Positions 27,769 to 40,365 of a stretch of 64,000 bases of DNA are shown here, in pieces. The notes under the pieces were generated by a model, which was not told the origin of the DNA, searched no databases, and saw nothing but the letters and a program-made list of their open reading frames with translations. This DNA is from Lytechinus pictus (lineage: Eukaryota). Each line of letters opens with the position of its first letter. Position 1 is the first letter of the stretch. The stretch lies in NCBI RefSeq assembly GCF_037042905.1, contig NC_087245.1, forward strand, positions 8,558,001 to 8,622,000. The letters are read 5' to 3'. A program made the translations under genes and the position numbers.

Positions 27769-29039
27769 TGACATAAGTTAGCAAATAAAAATTTATTACA
27801 ACATCAGCTGAAGATTCAATATGAAAAATAAAAAAACAAAACTTACGCATATGATATAGACCTACAGGTATGAAGAAAAAAATCATACATAAGTTTAAAA
27901 GTAAAGAATATTACCATCTGACCATATCCCTAGAAAATTGTTACAAGAAAGTTTGAAACATGACAGAAAATTAGACACCAATTGGTGAAAAAAAATCACA
28001 AAACAGGTGCGACAACTCGGCCCGCGATCGGTTGTCCCGACCCCCTATCCCCACCTGTACGGCGCACGTCCGGGATCATGATGTAATTTGTCATCCACAA
28101 AATATTTGTTTTTCGTGGAGGGGTATGCGGCAAGTGCGATGCAAAAAACACAGTTGGTAAATATGTAATTATTTTACCATATTCCTATTTTCATATCTGG
28201 AATAGCAAGTGTTAAGATTAGAATGCATTTCCTCTCATTGTTCTTTTTTATGCAGTGAAATAAAGGTGTCCGGCAAAGGCGGAAATAGGATTTAGGCCTA
28301 CTGTCCAATCTTCCCCTGGTTCTGTAACCAAACGCTTTTTCGGTATTGATATTTTCAATACCGGTATACCGACTAATACCGTGTAAATTCCCATTGTGCA
28401 AACAGTGTCCAATGTTTGTTTAGCCCTGGTCAGCTGAGGAATGCCCAGCATGGTCCGTTCTCATTGACAGAAACTTTCTCCAACACATTTTCATAGATTT
28501 AAAAAATAATGACGAAGTCAAGACTTGTCTCGAGCCTTGCCAGTCACCACTAACCTTAGATTTTCAAATGGAAATAATCCTGATTTGTTTATAAAAGAGA
28601 GAGTAGAAACCCAACTATTACAGACCTGAGCAAAAAGTTTGCCAACAAGTTTCTTTGCCAAAAGTTATACGATCATGCTCTCTCCCCACCGAGAGGGAGT
28701 TACCTATGCATGTGCGCGAAATTATCTCAGCAAGCATGTGGTACAATTAATCCTATCTCCATGCTGAAATCAATTAATGAAGTTACCAAATGCTATACCG
28801 CACCTACTCACTGCTACTTTACTAAACGTGTGTACATGCCCCAAGTTCCAAGCACCAAATTCCCTGCTGAAACAGTCAAGGAGATTTGCATGATTTTCCC
28901 TTCACCAATTTGGCCACACTCATTCACATTCAGATTCGCCCCTTTTGATTACCACTCACATCAACAAATGTTCGTCGAAGGTTCAAAGTTTGTTGACCTC
29001 AATTTTTCTTTTTTTTAAGTGCACACCTAGTTACCAATA

Positions 29040-29192
29040 ATGCATACAGCATTTCCATTTATTTGAAAGCAGGATAAAAGAGCATTGTAGATTAAATGCC
29101 TTGCTCACGGGCATAGGTGCCACGGCCGGGAATCGAACCCTGGACTTTCCATGTATAGCCAGGTGCCTAGACCACTCGGCCACGGCACCTCC
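29040..29192 (-). mobile_element. tRNA-derived SINE (head plus partial body)
   Basis: Minus strand reads GGAGGTGCCGTGGCCGAGTGGTCT...GGTTCGATTCCCGG, then GAGCAAGGCATTTA core. Confidence 0.7.
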
Positions 29193-30044
29193 ACGGTCAA
29201 ATTTTGACGTCTCGTAAATAACTCTGCTTATGTCCATTGTGTTGAACTCCCCACCCCCACTAGTTAGCTAACGTCCCTTCAGGCCATGTTTTCTCCTTCT
29301 TGTGAATCTCCACATGTCTAAAACCCTCCCCCTTGATTTCTTATCCCTGGCCTCTTTCTCACTCTTTTTTTCTTGATTTTGGTTTTCTTTATCTCCAAAG
29401 CCCTTAATTCCTCACTCTCTTTCCAATCGGCCCATCCTCTCCCCGTCACCACCCCTCTCTTACCACAAATAATCTACATCCTCCTCTTCTCTGAGTCTTG
29501 ATCTTCCCCTCTTTTTTTTTCTATTTCTCTCTTCTCTCACCCCCAAGTCCTGGTCATAAATACTCTTTCATTTTAATAATGTCAATTCTATCTTTCACAC
29601 ATGCCAAAATTAAGTTGATCATCTTATCATCACGCCACCGGTCCATCATAGATTTAAATCACAATCAATCCAATAGTTTATTTTATTTTATTCATGACTG
29701 CACATGCACAAAAAGGATACAGCACCCATCACAAATCACACAAACATTCCCAGCAACTTTCTTTCTTCCATTCGCGATCAATTCACAGATCATTTTCAAA
29801 ATAAAGCAAGAGGGATGGCGTAACGTTTTTTTTTTTCCTGTTTTCAACATTTTTCTGTCTTTCTAAAAATAATTTTTATTTAAAATTATTATTATTCTAA
29901 TTATTTACTTATTGTTATTTTTTTATTTTTTATTTTTGGGAGGGGGTCAGACGACTTTTATAGTACTTTAGTATGAAAGTAAACTTGTCATAATAGGCCT
30001 ACATAGGTATAATATTATTATAAAGAAGTCGCACCCCCCAACAA

Positions 30045-30305
30045 AAATTAAATAAATAAATAAAAACTCAGTGAAAATCCCATTGAAACAAATTAAGAGC
30101 AGTCCGAGAAAAAAAACTTGCATAAAGGAAAAAAAAGTGTTAATCCCTGTGGTTTGTCTGTCAATTCCCACCCCCCCCCCCCCCAAGCAAAAAAATTGAA
30201 ATAAAAACTCAGTGGAAATCCCATCGAAACAAGTAAAGAGCAGTCCGAGAAAAAAAACTTGCATAAAGAAAAAAAAAGTGTTAATCCCTGTGGTTTGTCT
30301 GTCAA
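30045..30305. repeat. ~140-bp tandem duplication
   Basis: AAAAACTCAGTG...GGTTTGTCTGTCAA occurs twice. Confidence 0.85.
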
Positions 30306-30956
30306 CGCCCCAAGGTTGTACTTTGTTGAAGCCTGCATTACACCACGTAGTCAAAAGGCAGGCTAGGGAGTGTTTCAAAAAGAGTTTGTCAGTGATTTTG
30401 CTTGTATATATATACAAGCTATGGCAAACCCTCGCATGTGATAGACGGAAAGCAAATCCGTTGTTGAAACCACTGAAAAACTCTTCATGAAATGTTCCCC
30501 TTCTCGATCGGCTTCGTTTGTTTACTGTAGCTGTTTACACAAGAGTATGGAGCCGACATGCACCCTATGTACGTAGCGCTGGGGCCGAGGCCTTATGCAG
30601 CGGCTAGCGGAGCTCAGACATCAGTTCAGGGGCGATGTATTCATTTCGAGGTTAGATTATCGGATTCTGATTCCATTAAATACGTTGAAAGAGCCCAACA
30701 TCTTGTTTTGGCTTAATTTCACTGTAAAAATACCCATAGATGACAATACAGAAGAAAAATACTGGTATATTTTCAACTTTTGGTATGACGGTATTTCGGT
30801 ATTGAAATTTTAACGGCGGTATCCATACCGGTATGAAGTTCATACCGAACGATATTACTGATACCGGTATACCGAAAAAGCTTAATCATTGGTTTGGTTA
30901 CAGCACCAGGCAACAAGTCGGCAACATTAATCTTTCAAAAGGTCAATATGACCTTT

Positions 30957-33900
30957 CATCATCATCGTCATCATGTTACGAGGTGAGGTAATCCTGTTGA
31001 CCTCGATCTCTTCATCTGAAATTGCAGTCCATCTCCATACGATGTGTTATTACATAAGAACAAAAACTTGCACACGTGGAGGGTAGAGACGGTTTTGATC
31101 ATTGAAGATTGAAACGCTCAGACCACCAAAACTTATCGAGTCTTAATTTGAATACATCGATGGAGCCTGAGTCAATAACTTCTTGGGGGAGGCTATTCCA
31201 GTCATTCACTACCCCGTTACTAAAAACGCATTTGCGTATGTCGAGTCTAGATCGTTCTTTGAATATCTTTAACTTATGACCTCGAAGATGTGAACTTGTC
31301 GATGGCAAGAAAAAGTGACTTGAGTCCATCTTGACCATTCCTTTCAGTATTTTAAATACCATAATGGCATCTCCTCTCCTTCTATAATACAGGGAGTGTG
31401 AGTCCAATACTTTTAATCTATCTGTGTAGGGGAGTTCTTTTATCTCCTGCACCATCTTAGTTGCTCTTCTCTGGACCTTCTCAATGTCATCTGCATCTTC
31501 TTTCCATCGAGTGTTCTACAAGAGTTGCCATACTCTAGGTGTGGTCTTACCAATGTCTTAAACAAAATCGGTAGGGTCTTTATGTCCAGTTGAGTGAAAG
31601 TCCGTCTGATAATACCAAGGAGCTGATAAGCTTTGCTTACTTCCATTGATACATGCTCATGAAATTTGAGTTCCGAGTCAATCAATACTCCCAGGTCCTT
31701 TTCTCTGGTGGATGAGGCAACTTCATCTCCATTCATGTGATATTTATCTTTCTTGTTATTTCTCCCAAGGTGAAGAACTGTACACTTATTCTGGTTAAAG
31801 GAAGTTGCCATATTTCAGCCCACATGGTAAGTTTGGACAGGTCTGCCTGTAAGGCCAGGGATTCTTCATCATTCCCAACTGCTCTGTACATCTTAGTATC
31901 ATCCGCAAAGAGTAAGATCCTGGAGTTTATGTCACTGGGCAAGTCATTAATAAAAATGACAAATAGGATGGGCCCGAGGATACTCCCTTGCGGTATGCCA
32001 CTCTTAACATCTGTCCAAGATGATGTCACTCCATTTATAGCCACTCTTTGCTTTCTGCCTTTCAGGAAGGTACTAATCCAGGCAAGAAGAGGGTTCTCAA
32101 TTCCATAAGCTTTCAGCTTCAATAAGTCTTTCATGAGGTACTGCATCAAAAGCCTTCTTAAAGTCTAGATATAACACATCAATAGGTTGGCTATCGTCTA
32201 ATATCCTAGTCCATTCTTCAATGACCCATAAAAGCTGGGTCATACACGACCGTCCATTAACAAAGCCGTGTTGACAGTCAGAGAGAAGGTTATTCCTCTC
32301 CAAGAATTTCATCACGGCATCTCTAATGATACTCTCAAGCTGCTTCCCAACAACTGATGCTAGAGTAACTGGTCTGTAGTTCTCCACAGCTTTCTGACTT
32401 CCCTTCTTGTGAATTGGCGTGACATTTCCTGCTTTCCAGTCCTCAGGAAGTTTTGCCTCTTCTAATGATCTGTTGAAAAGGACTGACATTGGTTCTGCCA
32501 GTTCTCTAGCCAGTTCCTTTATAAGTCTGGGATGAATGTTGTCTGGTCCAGCAGACTTGTTATCATTCAGGTTCCTGAGTTTCTTTTCTACTATGTCTGG
32601 ATTTACCGTCACTTCCTTAATGTCTGCCTCACTGTGATTAATTCCTGTTAGATCAGGCAGGTAATTCACAATTTCACTGGGAAAGACACTAGCAAAGTAT
32701 GTGTTCAAAGCCTCTGCCTTTCCTTGGTCTGATTGAATGGGACTCCCATCATCATTATTCAAGTCTCCAATTCCAACTCTTGCTTTTTTCTTGTGGCTAG
32801 CATAGTTCCAGAAACCCTTTGGATTCGATCCAATATTACTGATGGGATCATCATGATCCTTCCTGAGCAGTCGTGTAAGACTCCGAAGTTCATTACTAAC
32901 TTCTCTATACCTGTCATAATAATATCTTGATCTTGACTTCCGGTACTTATCCCACAAGTGGCATTTCCTCTTTTGGAGAATCAATGCATCTTTGGTCATG
33001 TAAATACTCCTTTTCTTTTGCTTATTATTACTGGCTTTAGGGATATACTGCTCCATCAAAGAATGTACGTAGCTTGTCTAAATCGCTGTCCATGTCTCAG
33101 TGCAGCATTTACCCTTCAATATATTGTCCCAGTCAACAGAACAAAGATCTTTCATTTTTTCAAAATCTCCCTTATACATTACATATCGATCTGGTCTTTT
33201 CTCCTTCGGAAGTTCATCATCAATGCAAACATCAATAAGGAGGCTGCAGTGATCACTCTTTCCTATAGGTGACTGGTGGGACAGTTCCTGAATGATATGG
33301 TCAGCATCAGTAATGACCAGATCTAGAATGTTTGCTCTCTGTCCTTCCCGATATCTAGTAGGGTCTCTTACATGCTGGACCATATCCATGCTTTGTAGTG
33401 CGTCAAGAAACATATATATGTGCTGAATGATTACTAGGTGCTTCTACGTGCAAACTTTTCCAGTTTATTTCAGGTAAGTCTCCAACTATCGTGTGAATCC
33501 TGACTATCGCTTATTATACCTATAACTTCACAAAGTTTGTCAGAGTTTGCTTTTTCACTAGACGGGCTGCGATACACACAACCAAGTAAGAGATGCTCCT
33601 TCTTAAGCAAATTTATCTTGCACCAAATCATTTCCTGAAAATTAGAGTCGAAATGCACTTGCGTTGCTTTCAAGGCTTTCTTACAGTATATAGGCACCCC
33701 TCTCTTAGCACTAGTGTCAAGATTGGAAAATATATCATAACCTTCAATACTGTACGAAATTGCTGAATGACTGAAGGCACTTGATTTTGGTAGTACTTAC
33801 TTCATTTATCATCACAATGTCTGGATTGTTCTGTGCTATTGCCAGAGTAAGCTGCTCCATTTTGTTACTTAAAGAATCTGCATTTGTGTACAATACTGTC

Positions 33901-35690
33901 AATTTTCTATTTGCTGCATGAGTAGTTTCTTGCACTACTTAAAAATCTTTCACTTCTTCATGATCCTGTACTTGTGTGTGAACACGCTCATTCAGTCATT
34001 GCTCATCCTCCGAACCTCCCACGGCTCCGAGCAACTCTTCCTCGGCTTCACTGTCATTACTATCACAGATCACTTCAGCACCATTCTGACTATTGGATTC
34101 ATTCTCGGTCATAACCTGCTCATTTCCCTTTCTTGATTGCTTGGTATTTCGGTTGGCCATTTGAACTATCCTTCCTCTACGTATGACGAGATTCATTTCC
34201 CCACCTTCTCGTCTTTGTTTAAGTTCTTGTCTGAGTTCGTATCTTTCCTGTCGCTCAAGTCGTGTGAAGTCAGGGGAAATGTAGGTATTTTTCCATGTCT
34301 CAGAATCTTTTAGGCTTTTAGCTTTCTCCAGAATCTCCCTCCTCTTTCTTGTCGACTCCAGCTCTACTAAAAGAACCCTTGGCTTGGTCCTTTTGTTTTG
34401 GTTTCTTCAACCGAGTCTAATGGATTTGACTGGCTTCACATTTTTGATATTCAGCTCTTTCAGAATGTCCTGGAAAGTACAGATATCTGCTTCTTGCCTC
34501 TCTTGATACTGGTCAGAGGACGATTCCTAAACGTTGTGGATTATCAAGTTGTTCTTTCTCTTTTCCCTTCAACCACTTCTTCCATCGTCACCATATTCAC
34601 CACATCAGAGGGTTTGCTAATATTCAGATCATCCTTATGACCATGTTCAGAGAAGGCCTGTGTGGTGCCTGATTTTGTATTCAGGCTAACAGTATGGCTA
34701 GCTAAGTTAGAACTTGCCACTTCCGCATATGATTTTCTCAATCTCTTCTCTCCTTCGCCTATCATGACCTTGATCGACTGTTGGGCTTGGGATATGATTT
34801 TGGCAACACTTTCATTAACTTTTTCTCCTACTTTGTTTGCCAACTTATCAACATCATCAGAGTTAATTTGAATTTGACTTCCTTCCTGGTCTATGTTCTT
34901 TGATGTCAGAGCATTCTTGGCTACTTTCAGTGCTTTTTTGTCACAGTCAATACAGAACCAGTGTACTTGCTTGTTATTGCATGAACTAATAAATGAATAC
35001 ACTTCATCATTCATCTCTTGACATGGTAAGCAAGACCACTTATCACAAAGTTCACATTCAATCATACGGTTTGTCATCGTATTACACTTGGAACATTTGA
35101 ATCCATTCTTGGTATGTCATTTCTGGGTTTAGATTTTGGTTTTACAGACTTACTGGTTTCTGCTTTCTTTTTACCCTTGCTTGTCTTGTGATCCTTCTTC
35201 CTGTCAATCTCTGGGACTGATGAAAAATCAACATCTCTTGCTTTCTTTGTGTCCTCTTCATTTACTGTGTTATCGCTGATGTTGATTTCAGACGAATCTG
35301 CAGCAGTTAAATCGGCAGTATCTTCCACTTCGGCCAGTATTGGATTCGGCGTGCCAACATCGTCTCCCGATCTTTGCCGATTCTCAGTGCCCGAGCTGCC
35401 GGCGTCCGCCACCGGTTATGCTTCCGGCGTTTTCTTGCCGAAGGGTGACAACTTTTTCAATTTCCTCTGAACTTTCTCCATGATCAGAATCTAGCTTGAA
35501 TCCTCTGAAAATATGCCAATCTCAATCCAAAATGAAGCACACCGCTGTCTTGAAACCAATCTTATGAAGATATTCACTTATGATACTCCAATCCGATAAG
35601 AAATCACAAATTTAAAGTCAAATCTGAGAGGTATGATAAAAAAACGTACACCACCATGACCACCCGCACGCGCGCATGTTCTCACCAGCT
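30957..35690 (-). mobile_element. Near-full-length decayed CR1-clade LINE (ORF1 with PHD finger; ORF2 with APE endonuclease and RT)
   Basis: ORF1 CELCDKWSCLPC...HWFCIDC; endonuclease LYTNADS and SDHC; RT YLDFKKAFD, PQGSILGP, FADDTK; CR1-type C-terminus RLDIRK...WNSLP; (GAT)n 3' tail; multiple frameshifts. Confidence 0.9.
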
Positions 35691-36100
35691 CTTAATTAAA
35701 GGGCTGGTAGATAATAAAATAATATATTAGACTACATGGTCATGGTTTGAATTGAAGTTTGAACATTAATTATTATGATTATGAAGAAAAATCAGGAGAG
35801 CCAAAAATCAGACAAACATTCCCTCATCCTGGCCTGGCTGCCTGGATTTGGCAACCGCTAATTCAGATCTTTGACTTTGGACTGATTACGCGTACGGTAT
35901 ACGCTTCGGTTAAGTTGCTGTGCAGATATGATGTAACTTTAAAGCACTTGTTCACTGCAACCATCCTGCCTGTGGGGAATCTACAGGTAGGACAATGGTA
36001 TGCTGTACAGAGCACACACTTTAAAAAATCATTAAAATATCACTTTTGTGACCAAAATTACTAATTTCCTTACAGTACCAATTCATTTTTCATTAGTAAA

Positions 36101-36378
36101 CGGGTCGTGTGGTCCAGTGGTTAGAGCATTGGACTCATAATCGCAAGGTTGTGAGTTCGAATCCCAACTCTGCCATTGTCTCCACTTTGTTAAAAAGGCC
36201 CAAGAGTGATATCTGTCGTCTATTACGTCAGCCACTATGACTGATTAACCTAGACGTAAAATGTTTCCAAGGTAATTGGTTATATACCAGCTTGGCGTTT
36301 ACCAGCAAAAAATGCTGTCCTGCCGAGTTCCTACGGGAGTTACCACAAACAGAAACAAACAGAAACAGAAACAGAAAC
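36101..36378 (+). mobile_element. tRNA-derived SINE with (GAAACA)n tail
   Basis: A/B boxes; absent from the paralogous hAT copy (empty site near 42315). Confidence 0.8.
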
Positions 36379-36467
36379 TTGGGAATAATTTTTGTATTCA
36401 CCAGAGCGCTCAAAGACTTGAATTTTGGGCATATTTTTGTGTACGCCCTCTATTGGTGGAAAGTATG

Positions 36468-37746
36468 CAGAGATGCCAACCTAAAGGGATGGTTGTCAGG
36501 AATATTTACCATATTTGTCAGGAACAAATGGGAGTTTCTCAGGAACATCCCGCGAAGTAGCATCGTTTATACAGGGATGCCACTAGGTGTCCTCCAAAAA
36601 TACTGAAACTCATCGCGGGCCGGGACAGTGTCCAAGAAAAAAAAATTTAGGGGGGTCCACCTTTAATTTTCGGATTGTCACAGGTATAAAAAAAAAAAAA
36701 AAAAAAAAAAAATTAGGAGGGGGGGTCTGCCCCCACCTCAAATTTAGGGGAGGGGGGGGGGAGGACCAAGTGGCTTCTTACCTTGTTGTGATCGATGACT
36801 TTGAAGTCAATTAGGTTTGAAAAACTGACGGTAGTTAGTTGTGTGTTTCTCATAGAACGCTAGACCAAAAGCTTCAGTCTCTGTATTTTGGTTGTTCAGC
36901 TGAACCGCGTTGGCTCCACTCACCAATACATAGACTGAAGAGTTGTTGGCCCGTACATTAAGACAACGTATCAGCTAACCCAGGGAGCTCTGGGCTAGCT
37001 GATACGTACGTAACCCAAGGAGCTCCGGCCCGCTTTTCGGGCCGGAGCTCCCTGAGTTCCGTATCAGCATGCAGCAGTAACGTTAGATCTAACATTCGGC
37101 GGAAACCTGATTTCGGATCGTTTTTGGTACATCAAATGTCACATTATGAAAAAATAATTACATCCAAACTTACGAGAAAATATATAAAATTCAGAAACAT
37201 CGTACCTTAGACCGCAGTTACCGCTAATTCCTTTCAAATGATGATCAAAACTTAGTCATCCTCGATTCCTTCGTTGGTCATCGTAAGTTGCCATCTTGGA
37301 TGACGTCATCATCTTTACAGTCGTATTTACCAGTCGCTATTATACCGCGATTCGTGCCGCTGATTTGTGCTTGTCTATGTGCGTGCGTTCGGAACTTGTC
37401 GCTCGCATTGATTGGCCAGGATATCAATAATTCTAATCAGAAAGCCTTGATAAAAGCATAACTCAATGAACGTAGTAGGCAGTGCGCGCGTTTATAAATT
37501 ATAGTAGAGAAACTCCCGTTGGTTTACCGTTGGCCACACACACGCTGCATGCACGATACATGTATACACAATACACGCATATACATGCACAATACACGCA
37601 TATATACACATGCACAGCAAAGCAATACACAATACACATGTATTGTGGTTGTTTTTTCCGTAACCTTTTTATTGTTGCCGTAACACCGTAATTGGAGGAA
37701 TAAAATCAGAACAAATACGGCGAATCCCTAACGGTTGGCATCTCTG
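36468..37746. mobile_element. hAT-like TIR element
   Basis: Perfect 14-bp TIR CAGAGATGCCAACC/GGTTGGCATCTCTG; flanking duplication AAGTATG. Confidence 0.8.
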
Positions 37747-38624
37747 AAGTATGTATGGCAAGAAAATTTTCATTTTTCAATCTCTATTTTAAATTAAGAA
37801 AAAAATAATTTAAAGAATCAAATTTACTGAAGAGCCAATTTGTATGATAAATAGGTGTAATGGAAACTGTCAGTGTAAAGAAATCAAGCATTTGTCCCAA
37901 AGAAAAAGAGAAAATAAGCCAAACATTGCCACCCTTATTTTGCCACACATGGAGATACAACAGAGAACAAGGTTATATCATAACCTTGTTCATTGAATGA
38001 GTGCTTTAAAGTGGCGCCTGGGCGGACATCGCATCATTCTTCAGCACTTCAGTTAGACCTAGATCTACCCGGTAAGTCTTCTCGGCATAATCGTGAAATA
38101 GTCCCCAAATCCAAAAGTGGGGATTATCAGAATCACACCTACTAGAACGCATGAAAATCACCTCCTTTCTCCAGAACACAGTCCCCAACTCTCGCACAGC
38201 TCTTTAGCTTGCGAAATGATAACACACACAAATGAACACACACTGTATTCCGGTACATAAACTTGGGTTCTCTCCCTATCATATACTCGTGATACAGTCC
38301 CCACTCAACGGGAATCAAGTTTGAATTTCACGGCGGTGGGGACAGTTTCAACAGTATAGTATACTCGTGATGCGGTCCCCACGCTATGGGATACACAGTT
38401 CACTTTGCACGCAGTGGGGACAGTTCCAACAGTATAGTATACTCGTGATCCAGTCCTTACGCTATGGGATACACATTTCGTTTGGGACGCAGTGGGGATA
38501 GCTCCAACAGTATATTATACTCGTGATACCGTCCCCTCACAACATAAAATCGTACTCGTTCAACAAGGGGATGGGGACAGTTTCCCAATGCAATGTGACA
38601 AGGAAAAAACACCTTTGGGTATTA

Positions 38625-38781
38625 CAGGGGCTTCGGAAGCTGGGGGGGGGGGACACTTCAGCCCCTACCTTATTCCAAAACCGTGTACATAAACGTAAAA
38701 ATATGACCATAGGATTGTGATTTTTTGGCATGGTCAGCACCCCCCCCCCCCCCCACTTTGAAAACCGTTCCACAAACCCTG
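38625..38781. mobile_element. Small hAT-like MITE (left-arm copy)
   Basis: CAGGGGC...CCCTG; mirror copy at 39808-40084 has a near-perfect 8-bp TSD TAATA(A/T)TA. Confidence 0.6.
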
Positions 38782-38789
38782 TATATTAC

Positions 38790-39800
38790 CATCATCATCA
38801 TTATTATTGTTGTCATCATCATTATATTATCGTTACTATAATTATTACTATATCATAATCATAATTATTATCATTATTATTATTGTTATATTGTCAATAT
38901 TATCATTATATGATAATTGTTATTATTATTGTCAATATCATTATTACAATATCATCATCATATATCATTATTATTCTTTATTATATTAGTATTAATGTTA
39001 TTATTGTCAATTTTATTATTATCATTATTATCATTCTTGTCAGTATTATTATTACCATTACTATTATTATCATCATTGTTTATTCCTTAATATTGTTTTT
39101 TTTTATTGTTGTTATATTCTTTAATATAATATTATGAATGTTATCATTATTATTGTCAAATTTATTATTATCATTATCACTATTACTGTTATTATTATTC
39201 TTGTCAGTATTGTTATTACCATTAGGCCTACTATTATTATTATTATCATTGTTATTGAACTATCATCAACATATATCATTATTATTCTTTATTAATGTTG
39301 TTATTATTATATTCTTTATTATATTAATATTATTATAATTATTATCATTGTCAATATTATTGTTATTATTATTATCATTATGATTATTATTATTGTTATT
39401 ATTATTGTCAATATCATGGAGAGAACCCAATAATGATAATATAATTTATTATATTATCATTATTTTGATAATAATAACATTAACAACAACAATTAATAAA
39501 GAATAATAATGATTTATGATGATCTAATAATAACAATGATAATAACAATAGTAATGGTAATAATAATACTGACAAGAATAATAATAACAGTAATAATAAT
39601 AATGATAATAATAAAATTGACAATAATAAATAATAATATAATAAAGAATAATAATGATTTATGATGATAGTAATATAATAAAGAATAATATCAATTAATA
39701 ATAACTACAGTAATAAAGAATAATGATATGTGATGATGATAGTAATAATGAATAATAATAATGATAATATAATATTGACAATAATAATACTGATGATGGT
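38790..39800. repeat. (ATT)n then (AAT)n low-complexity centre of the foldback
   Basis: Strand polarity flips at ~39420. Confidence 0.9.
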
Positions 39801-40365
39801 AATAATACAGGGGCTGCGGAACGGTTTTCAAAGTTGGGAGGGGGTCCCTGGTATGGAAGCAAGCACTTATTGGGCTTGTGAAATATAAACATCACTTTCA
39901 GGTACACCCTCCAAGGGTTAACCTAATCCAAATATGAGTCAGAATAGGGCCATTGACTGCTAGCCACAAGGGCTGACCATGCAAAAAGTCACAATCCTAT
40001 GGTCATATTTTTACTTGTTTGTACACGGTTTTGGAAAAGGTAGAGGGCTGAAGTCCCCCCCCCCCCCAGCTTCCGCGGCCCCTGTAATATTAGTATTACC
40101 CAAAGGTTTTTTTTCCTTGTCACATTGCATTGGGAAACTGTCCCCATCCCCTTGTTGAACGAGCACGATTTTATGTTGTGAGGGGATGGTATCACGAATA
40201 TAATATACTGTTGGAGCTATCCCCACTGCGTGCCAAACGAAATGTGTATCCCATAGCGTGGGGATTGTATCACGAGTATAGTTATACTGTTGGAACTGTC
40301 CCCACTGCGTGCAAAGTGAACTGTGTATCCCATAGCGTGGGGACCGCATCACGAGTATACTATAC

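Larger units (their letters stand above)
28315..30910. mobile_element. Probable non-autonomous DNA transposon with ATACCG/CGGTAT subterminal repeats
   Basis: TIR CCTGGT(T/G)CTGTAACCAAAC at both ends; clustered ATACCG motifs; no TSD seen. Confidence 0.5.
35945..38003. mobile_element. Non-autonomous hAT element, copy 1 (contains a SINE and a second TIR element)
   Basis: TIR CACTTGTTCA/TGAATGAGTG; perfect 8-bp TSD CTTTAAAG. Confidence 0.85.

Noticed and set aside
36101..36175. tRNA-like sequences (also at 3649, 7971 and 29120-29192)
   Set aside because: Poor acceptor stems, followed by SINE bodies or tails; one has a demonstrable empty site
38807..39338. Ile/Leu-rich, membrane-protein-like ORFs
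   Set aside because: (ATT)n low-complexity DNA
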